A DNA stretch of 63,526 bases, filler included, from Stramenopiles sp. TOSAG23-3 (Eukaryota), in NCBI GenBank assembly GCA_900128585.1. It is 12 parts of 12 records of this genome, joined end to end, with 100 filler letters (N's around TTAATTAATTAA, not from the genome) between each part and the next. Parts side by side here need not be neighbours in the genome. Positions count along the whole stretch, not along the records: positions 53,058 to 58,242 come from LT643585.1; positions 58,343 to 63,526 come from LT643586.1; 10 more parts are not named here. The stretch is one strand, 5' to 3'. The notes under the pieces were generated by a model. That model saw only the letters and a program-made list of their open reading frames with translations, was not told the DNA's origin and made no database searches. Shown piece after piece: positions 55,637-63,526 of the stretch; the first letter of the stretch is position 1, and each line of letters starts with the position of its first letter. The translations under genes and the position numbers were made by a program.

Positions 55637-57736
55637 TTAATAGTGGCCCCGTCTTTTAGCGGCTTTGAGGTCTAGCGATGGTAGAGCAGTTAGGTCGTTA
55701 CCCATGGTCTGCTGCTCCCCATGCCTTGTGACTTCGTCGGGCTCAGCTGCAACACCATTGGCGTGCTGAGGCGCTGGCGAATCGGCTATCCACGGATGTT
55801 TTAAGGCCTGGCTTGGAGTAAAACGGCTCTTCGGATCCCAACGCAAGCACCCCTCAAGAAACTCAACGAACTGTCTGTCCTGACACTTTAATGCAGATGA
55901 AATTGTTTTAGTCCCTGGATTCCGTTTCCGCCCCCTTGAATTCGGCACAATGCGTGGGTTTCCGGATTGGTCGAAGAACAGTTTGCTTCGGTTGGAAGAC
56001 TCCACCATTTTTGCGGGGGGTTGTCCTTGAATTTCCATGATGCACAGCAACTGCTCTTGCTCGTTTTCTCCTGGGAATATAGGGTAGCCTGTGTAAAGCT
56101 CGGCAAGTATGCAGCCGAAACTCCACATGTCGATTGGCGTTCCATACGGTAGGCCCAAAATAACCTCTGGTGACCTGTAGAACCGACTCTGTATGTAGGT
56201 ATAGACTCGCTCGTCAACATAACAGCTACTGCCAAGGTCTATCACCTTTATGCCACTCTTGTTAGATTGCTTTAACAGAATATTTTCCGGCTTCAAATCG
56301 CAGTGAATAATTTTCAGCTTTCTCATGAATCGCAGGGACGCCAAAATCTGGATAGCAAAGCGCCGGATCAACCCGAGGCTGACCCCTTGGAAGTTGTTGT
56401 TCTTGATGAATTCGTACAGATTCACGCTCATTAACCCGAAAGTGATACACAAGTGATTTCTAAAGTAAAAATAGTCCTTCAAATGGATGATATTGCTGGA
56501 ACCATTCGGGTCTTTCTCTTTAAGATTTTTCAGCACTTTGACTTCAACAAGAGCTTGGTGATGGAAACGTTTTTTGTTTCGGATAATTTTTAATGCCACC
56601 ATTTCTTTTTTCTTGTTGTCGTAACACTTCATGACCTGGCCGAAAGAGCCCTTCCCGACGGTCCCGAGCACTTCGTACCGGTAGGCAATGTGATCGTTGA
56701 CGACGATCTTGTAATCTCCTCGCTCGTCATCGTATCCGTGATTGTTGCCGGAATTCTTTCTGATCTTTTTGTCTGCCGCGCCAGTGCAATATATTTCAGG
56801 GTACTCTAATATTTCCCCGTGCTCAAAGTCCGACAAATCGTTCATGTAGAGCTTGAACGCTTGGGCAGGGGTGAGCGGCCACTGATCGTCGCTTCCCTTC
56901 CTCGGGGAACCGTTGTCTACGTTTCCAGCAATGCTGCTGCTGTTCTTGTTCAACGCCATTTCTTGTTTGTCCCCTCCAATATGACCTCCAAACTGTTTCG
57001 GGGGGTGTTTCATCTTTTCATGGTACGCCGAAGGGCGACCTTTGAAGGGCTTCCCGGCCTGAATCGTCCGTGGGCTCCCGTAAAGCTTGGACTTGTAATG
57101 ACCTGCCGCCCGGGCGGATGTCGGCTGGGCATTGACAACCTTATCCCTGCCAGGAGCGTCTCTTGCCGTCTGTGACCCGTTTGCGTAGTGTTTTCCATGG
57201 TGAGACCGTTTCTCCCCCCCTGCATGGCGGCGGCGGTGCTTCCCACCTCGTGATTGCGCCCACGACTCGCCCACGTTGAGTTTCGGCACGTGCACCCCTG
57301 CGCCTCCGCTACTTTCAACCCCTTCGCCCTTGCGAACCCGGTTGCGGTTAAAATTTTGATTTCGGTACGGGTTGCTGTTTTTGTTATCAACAATCGGTTT
57401 GTGGTGATGCCTCCGTTTCGGAGAAATGTGCTGCGCGTATGCCTGCTGCTGGTGGCGGTTGCGCCGCCTTTGGTGATGATTTGACGTAAAGGAAAAATTT
57501 GAGGGGCCGGCGAAACTGGTCTGCTGTTGCCCTGCGCGCTTTCTGTTTCCACCGAACCCATACGGTGCCTGGCGATTCTGGTTTGGTATTTTGTACCTGC
57601 CAGCGCCCCTGTGGGCATTTTGCATTCCATACGCATGATCCCTATTGGTGCGAGCGGACTGCTGGCCGTACTTTCCGTAGATCGGGGGTTGCTTTGCCCC
57701 CCGTACCTTCCCCAGGTTCAGCGACGGTAGGTTCAT
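55637..57736 (-). CDS. Class-2 DYRK kinase (DYRK2/3/4-like)
   Basis: NAPA-like LSDFEHGEILEYPEIY, DH-box GYDDERGDY, GKGSFGQV, HCDLKPEN, DLGSSC and activation loop YTYIQSRFYRSPE. Confidence 0.95.
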   Translation of the reverse strand: MNLPSLNLGKVRGAKQPPIYGKYGQQSARTNRDHAYGMQNAHRGAGRYKIPNQNRQAPYGFGGNRKRAGQQQTSFAGPSNFSFTSNHHQRRRNRHQQQAYAQHISPKRRHHHKPIVDNKNSNPYRNQNFNRNRVRKGEGVESSGGAGVHVPKLNVGESWAQSRGGKHRRRHAGGEKRSHHGKHYANGSQTARDAPGRDKVVNAQPTSARAAGHYKSKLYGSPRTIQAGKPFKGRPSAYHEKMKHPPKQFGGHIGGDKQEMALNKNSSSIAGNVDNGSPRKGSDDQWPLTPAQAFKLYMNDLSDFEHGEILEYPEIYCTGAADKKIRKNSGNNHGYDDERGDYKIVVNDHIAYRYEVLGTVGKGSFGQVMKCYDNKKKEMVALKIIRNKKRFHHQALVEVKVLKNLKEKDPNGSSNIIHLKDYFYFRNHLCITFGLMSVNLYEFIKNNNFQGVSLGLIRRFAIQILASLRFMRKLKIIHCDLKPENILLKQSNKSGIKVIDLGSSCYVDERVYTYIQSRFYRSPEVILGLPYGTPIDMWSFGCILAELYTGYPIFPGENEQEQLLCIMEIQGQPPAKMVESSNRSKLFFDQSGNPRIVPNSRGRKRNPGTKTISSALKCQDRQFVEFLEGCLRWDPKSRFTPSQALKHPWIADSPAPQHANGVAAEPDEVTRHGEQQTMGNDLTALPSLDLKAAKRRGHY

Positions 57737-58582
57737 CCCCCTCGCTCTCGTCCAGCAAAAACTAGTGAACTGAAGAGTATTAAAACAATGCAAAAGAATT
57801 GACCGAAGCCAACAAATAAAAAACTATAATCCCCTATATATTACCTATTCCTTCAATTCTGTATTCGTTTTTCTCGTGTGCCTTCTGCTAAATCGTTCAA
57901 TAAATGTTTAATACTTCGATCAAACCTATATTATACAACATGTTATAAAAAAAGCGATGCATTATTATTATTATTACCACCACCACACCACTCCTCCTTC
58001 GACTCCTCGACTCCTCGACTCCTGACTCCTCGATCGATCAATCGGTACCGTACCTACCCGGTCTGTAGCAGCATCATATCATTAAAATTTAATAATAATA
58101 AATCGTATCTGGAAAGAAGAAGAAGAAGAAGAGAATTGTGTCCATTTTTTTGTTTTTCTTCTTTTTTTTTTTAATTAATAATAACTGTAATACAATACTA
58201 AATAACAAAGAAGGGTAAAAAATATAAAATAATATTAATAAANNNNNNNNNNNNNNNNNNNNNNNNNNNNNNNNNNNNNNNNNNNNTTAATTAATTAANN
58301 NNNNNNNNNNNNNNNNNNNNNNNNNNNNNNNNNNNNNNNNNNTATAATTTTTATTATTTATTATTATTTATTATTATTCGATCGACTAGTAAAACATGCA
58401 AACAAACAAAAAGACCATTGTAAGAAGTACTATTGTTTACTGCGTTTACACATGAATTGTTATTTATAAAGAAGGAAATGGCAGTTACAAAATTAGAAAT
58501 TGGAACGAAAGAAAAGGTAGTTTTTTACTTGTTCGACCTAGGACTGGAGTATTGAAAGCTCGGGAGGAACGATACCGTTAGC

Positions 58583-60751
58583 ATGCTTCGGCTTCGCGCG
58601 CGCGTTAGTCGTCTGGTGCGTCAGGGGAGGTGTTTGTCTACGTTATTACTTTTCTTAGTTTACCTAACGTCGTGCCATGCAACTGGTCACCGCACCCTTA
58701 GGGCGTTCAGCCGACGAGGGCATAGCGTCGAATATAATGGCCTGGGAGCGGCCAAAGAAGACAAATGGCAACCTACCGATTTGAAGCCTTTAGACAATGA
58801 GCCTCTGCCGTCGGGAAAGTCGCTGGGGACCGTAACGCTTGAGGTTAATAGTGCCAACAAACACCAGTACCACATTGTGAAAGGGAAGGTGGACAGTTCC
58901 GCGGGCGTTGCGTGGGGATTCTACAATGACGTCACCAATTCCATAGGGTGGAGTATTTTGCAGATAGACACCGGCTCAAAATTTTTAGACGAAGAGCAAA
59001 TGTATGCTGCGGGTTTGCTGGAGGGCTATCTGACTGCTACTAGGATCCGACAGCTGTACATAAACGACAAAGCGCTGCGGGAAGAGGCCCAGTTGGGCAG
59101 CTTATACTCTTATTTCGAAGTCCAGGACGACTTCATAAGGAAAAAGTACCGTGCTGCCGTCAGCATATCCCCGTCGTCCAGCCAAGGCCAGGATGACCAT
59201 GCGTATTGGAGGCAAGTTGGGCTTGAGTTGGCCCAGCTGGACGGGATGCTGGACGGGTACAACATGGCCGTGCCGAAGGACCAGCAGCTTACGTTGGGCG
59301 ACATGTGGCTCCTGAACATGGACGGGGACGTCATCGACTTAGAACGGGCATTTTCCACAGGGCAGCTGTCTGTGGCGCAAGTGTCAAACGAAGCGGAAGT
59401 GAACCCCTCTAGCGTCGGGGGTATGGGAGATTTAACTGGCAGCATGAAGCTGATCGAGGAGGCGAGCTCCGCTGGAGCCCGCAAGCGTTCTCCAAAAAAC
59501 CAAAAACTTAGTGACGCCGAGAGGTACTCCGAAAAGCGGTGGGACATTTTGCAACGGCACAGCCGTTGCAGCGCCCTCATTAAAGTCTTGCCGGATTTTT
59601 CCGATGTGTACGTGGGGCACACTACGTGGGCGGATTACAGCGAGCTTTTGAGGATTTGGAAGACTTACAACTTCAACTTGAAAGACCCCGCAGTTGTCAC
59701 AAAGAAAATATCCTTCTCCAGCTACGCTGGCATGATATCATCGACGGACGATTGGTACATCACAGATTCGGGGCTGTTGATTTTGGAGACCACAACGAAC
59801 GTGGAAGATGAGAATGCCCTTTCCCAGATCAACCCCAAAGGGAGCGTCGTGAGCTGGATCCGCACGATGGTCGCAAACCGTCTGGCGGGCAACGGAAAGG
59901 ATTGGACGGATATATACGCTCAGCAGAACAGTGGCACCTACAATTGCGAATGGATGATTCTGGACTACAACAAGTTTTCACCGGGAAAAAAGCCCGAACC
60001 AGGATTTTTTACCATGATCGAACAGGTTCCTGGGAAAGTCCACAAAGAGGACATGACAAACACGCTCCTTCGGCGCGGCGATGACAAGTGCCTGAAAACG
60101 GGGAGTTCCGAGCACCAGGATACCTGTAAGGAAAAGCACATGTACTGGCCGTCGATTAACAGGCCATATTGGAAAGACATTAGAGACGCTGCCGGGTACC
60201 CTCTCGACAATAGTGGCTCTCCGCAGAATGAATTCTTTTCGTTCGAGGATAACCCTCGCGGCCGTGTGTTTCAGCGCGACCAGAAGTTCGTGGGGTCTGT
60301 TCTCGACATGATGGCGCTCATGCAGTACAACGACCCGTCGGACCCGCTCCAGCGAAAGGCGGGGCACGCCATTGCTGCACGCTTCGACGTCCCAGATGCA
60401 GAAAGTGGTGATACGCCCCGGAAGCCGACGGGGGGGATTGAGTCGAAAGTTACAAATTCCAAAATGGTTCACGAAATGATCACCGTTGCGCAGCTGGGCC
60501 CATCGCACGAATCAAAGCTTCCGAAATGGCGAGATCCAGGTGGCAAAAGAGCGGTGCCAATGAAACCGTTCCGGTGGGATTCCGACCCTTCCTTTATGAA
60601 AGTTCCCCATTTCGGGATACCAATGGAATTAAATTTTCCATGGCAACTCTTGGGGGGAGCCTTGTCCAACACGGATGGTTTCCCCCAAAGCTCGGCGTTT
60701 GTAAATAGTGAAATAGACAAGAGAGAGACCGACCTGAAGAAAGCGAAATGA
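58583..60751 (+). CDS. Phospholipase B-like lysosomal Ntn-hydrolase (PLBD family)
   Basis: Signal peptide; GWSIL, AAGLLEGYLT, autoprocessing RCSALIK, GHTTW, SSYAG..SSTDD, NSGTYN..W..LDY, EQVPG, YWPS.NRPY and AIAARFD. Confidence 0.93.
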   Translation: MLRLRARVSRLVRQGRCLSTLLLFLVYLTSCHATGHRTLRAFSRRGHSVEYNGLGAAKEDKWQPTDLKPLDNEPLPSGKSLGTVTLEVNSANKHQYHIVKGKVDSSAGVAWGFYNDVTNSIGWSILQIDTGSKFLDEEQMYAAGLLEGYLTATRIRQLYINDKALREEAQLGSLYSYFEVQDDFIRKKYRAAVSISPSSSQGQDDHAYWRQVGLELAQLDGMLDGYNMAVPKDQQLTLGDMWLLNMDGDVIDLERAFSTGQLSVAQVSNEAEVNPSSVGGMGDLTGSMKLIEEASSAGARKRSPKNQKLSDAERYSEKRWDILQRHSRCSALIKVLPDFSDVYVGHTTWADYSELLRIWKTYNFNLKDPAVVTKKISFSSYAGMISSTDDWYITDSGLLILETTTNVEDENALSQINPKGSVVSWIRTMVANRLAGNGKDWTDIYAQQNSGTYNCEWMILDYNKFSPGKKPEPGFFTMIEQVPGKVHKEDMTNTLLRRGDDKCLKTGSSEHQDTCKEKHMYWPSINRPYWKDIRDAAGYPLDNSGSPQNEFFSFEDNPRGRVFQRDQKFVGSVLDMMALMQYNDPSDPLQRKAGHAIAARFDVPDAESGDTPRKPTGGIESKVTNSKMVHEMITVAQLGPSHESKLPKWRDPGGKRAVPMKPFRWDSDPSFMKVPHFGIPMELNFPWQLLGGALSNTDGFPQSSAFVNSEIDKRETDLKKAK

Positions 60752-61055
60752 ATGTGCTGACAGTGCACCGTGGGGTGGTAAGAAGTGAGTACAATGTTAG
60801 CCTCACAGCCTGACAAAAATAGTTTTCTTAAAATCATTCAGTGTATAATTTGTAAATTATTTTTTTAAATAATTCAGTTCGTAAACTTACAAAATTTAAA
60901 ATTGGCTGTTCAATTTTTTGTTTTTTTTATGATAAAACCAAGTTCTTCTTATAAGAATTCAAGAATTTTTTCCTTACTGAATACTTTATGTTTCGTACAC
61001 TCTCCTCCTTTCTACAGTACTAAGTACATATTTTGGTTTTTTAGTTTTAAACCTC

Positions 61056-62993
61056 TCAACAAATTGGTGGACGTTCAACATCAACGTGATCTTTTCTTGG
61101 CCATACCTCTCCTTCCCGCAAAGGCGCTAAATTAATCTTTAATTTTTTACCTTTCAACACAAGTGGTTGTTCTGTCGCGGCAACGGTTACGTTTTCTGCA
61201 TCAATTGATGATTTAAATTTAACAAATGCAGATCCATAGAATAAACCAGTTTTGTGGTCTTTTTTCCAGTCGATAATTTCAATTTTGTTCGGATCATTTG
61301 GAGACAAAACTAATTTTAATTCTGTTGCTGATACAACAAATGGCATTTTTCCAACAAAAATTCTGGTCGTAGAATCATCAAAATTACCACCTTTCTTCCT
61401 TTTCTTAGCATCAAATGATGACGTAGAAGACGCTGCCCTGTCTTGCTTTCTCTTTTGCAGCACTTGCTTTTTAATATTTTTCAAATTTGGACGTGCACGT
61501 GGCGCTTTATAGTTCTCACGGCACAGTTCACATTGCAACGATTTAATGTTTAATGGAGTTTCAACCGATTGAACACAATCGCTGCAAACAATCACTGGGA
61601 CACCACAATCACGGACGGAACATTTGTATTTTCCTCGGTATTCATCCCATAGTTTTCGGCAAACCACGCATTTACTTTCAATATCTGCGTCTAATTTTTC
61701 GATTGGTTTGTTTTCTGGAACTTGAACCAGTCTGCGATCAAACACATAATTTTTGCCTTTCCATAGACCCCCCTCCGGGAACGTTTTTAAATACCTATCA
61801 ACGCCACCGCGCAGTTCAAATACACCTTGGGTTTTAAAACTTGAATCGACTGCTGTCATATCATTTAACAAAGCGGTTGCTCGTTCGCACCGTATTCCGC
61901 CTGTACAATACATCATTACTTTTTTGCCATTCAATTTTTTCTTTGTCTCGGGCATATTGAGCCATGGAGCTGTCGGTAGACAGAAGGTAAAAATGTTAGA
62001 AATATAAATGCTTTGGTGCTTGTGTATGATGGAGATGATTAATTGTTGCAAACATATTAGATCGGAATTGTTGGGGGCCAACGTCATACGCTATAAAATA
62101 GGCCTTCAAAAGTAGAGTTCCACTGTACCGAAGCTCTACCCAAGACTGCTTCCACTCCAAGAACGACCAAGGAGAGGCTTGTCCCATCAAAACATTTCAT
62201 CACTTCTAATATGCGCACACAACGACATGAGGTAGATAGAGATAGATATGAAAACTGCTGTGGACTACTTACCAAAATCTTTACTATTTCTCATTTTTGG
62301 ATCAATCAATGTTGCACCAGTTGGTGGTGGTTGAAAATGGCCAATCGCGCTTTCATATGCATTTCTAACGTCAATTACTACTGTGTCCGGCTGCTGTAAC
62401 ATCTGGTGGTACTTATCAGCTTCAAGATGAGTCCCAGCAGAATGCGTCAAGGACGGTGCGGCTTCGCCTTCCAATAAATATGCAACCAACTCGTCGACTT
62501 TGCGCATACTTAAACTTTTGAACTTTTTCGCAATGGGTACGCCATCTGTAAATTTAAAATCCGTTTCCTTAAATATAGGGTTCCATTCGCGCAACGCGTC
62601 GCAAAATAAACGAATATCTTTCGCCCCTGCCGTTAATGTACAATTTAACCCTTCCGGTGCACAACGCCCGCGACCTGTTACGTTGTATTTTTCTGCTAGT
62701 TGAGTCACCGTTTTACGCGCTAACTTGTGTTCTTTTTTTGACCACCTTGGTTCAACGTATTGATACATTAGTAGAATCGTTGTGTACTCGTTCACATCGG
62801 TGTATTTTTCTAACGGTGGCGGTAATGAACGGTTTGCATTTGATCTTGCCTTTTCTAGTTTAGCATTTGTTGTTGCAATTTGGTTTATAGTATTTACATC
62901 GTTCCTATCCTCGTCTGCCTCGGAGGAAGAGTCAGACGACGAGTCGCTGCCACTGCTGCTGCTGGAGCTGGACGAAGACGTGGAAGACGGCAT
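61056..62993 (-). CDS. TSTD2: TrhO/TSTD2-like rhodanese (UPF0176) protein with C-terminal RRM; intron at 61970-62272
   Basis: ILLMYQYV, GRGRCAPEGLNCTL, DFKF, IDVRNAYESAIGHF, YCTGGIRCERA, LRGGVDRY, GKNYVFDRR and Cys pairs. RRM IFVGKMP...YGSAFVKF. Intron G|gtaagt...ttctaac...cag|CT restores DFAPWL. Confidence 0.88.
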
Positions 62994-63526
62994 TATTTAC
63001 AAATCGTTTTGTTTTCTTCGTTTCTTTCTATCTCTTCTTCTACGTTCATGAATGACTTTTGCTCAATTATTAACGTTGATTCTGAAAGCCTGCAACAAGA
63101 AATTAGATATAAACCAACAGACGACAATAAATGTGTTATGTGTTTTTTGCTGTTTATATATAAACAACTACGAAACTCGCTACGACGTATCCCGTATACG
63201 AAGTACTTCGTAATTTGTGCCTTACGCTGTGAGGCTGTATTAACTTAACTTATTCAGACCTCAGGATAACAACCACTCAATCTCAATCAACAACAAAAAG
63301 AAGACGACATTGACATTTTAAATTGGCAATTATAAATTATGGAATGGTTTGGTGGTCTCTTAAATGATTTTAAGGGTTTTAATGTATTTATTATTGTTAG
63401 TCGTCTTTTTATTTATTACCAATACATTTCAAAACACACAGCATTTTAATTATTAATCAAATCAAGGTCGTCTATTACGTGTGCGAACATTTTAAAGTGT
63501 ACACTAATTGCACTGCGCCAAAACTT

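Noticed and set aside
62100..62203. Intronic snoRNA (box C-like GTGATGA plus hairpins) in the TSTD2-like intron
   Set aside because: No downstream box D CTGA and no properly placed H/ACA boxes.

Overview
This is not one locus. It is 12 unlinked contigs of about 5.2 kb each, sorted by decreasing length (5243, 5233, 5213, 5207, 5206, 5197, 5194, 5191, 5187, 5186, 5185, 5184 bp) and joined by artificial N44-TTAATTAATTAA-N44 linkers. The DNA is eukaryotic: Sec24, a DENN protein, a class-2 DYRK kinase, GT-AG introns with (TA)CTAAC branch points and a eukaryote-type SRP RNA are present. Genes are intron-poor, intergenic DNA is very AT-rich with microsatellites, and cilium genes (CEP41, CFAP58-like) occur, so this is probably a flagellated protist MAG/SAG. 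A marine heterotrophic stramenopile is my inference only. Other recognisable genes: WD40-ankyrin-TRP-like channel, JMJD8-like JmjC protein, class-3 lipase, DKNYY-type repeat protein, HIRAN-F-box-UvrD (FBH1-like) helicase, Asp/Glu racemase, EGF protein, EF-hand coiled-coil protein, cAR/GCR1-like GPCR, histidine phosphatase ending in SKL, ankyrin protein ending in RTEL, phospholipase B-like protein and TrhO/TSTD2-like rhodanese with an RRM. Most worth following up: (i) a very large protein with an internal di-Gly-ended ubiquitin-like domain ahead of an amphipathic basic helix and a degenerate dynamin-like GTPase; (ii) the HIRAN-FBH1 fusion; (iii) a dispersed MITE-like inverted-repeat family and a dispersed Pro/Thr-rich coding relic at gene 3' ends; (iv) five frameshifts that all fall in long G/C homopolymers; (v) bacterial-type genes (DKNYY, racemase); (vi) a compact ~240-nt SRP RNA that the ORF track cannot show.
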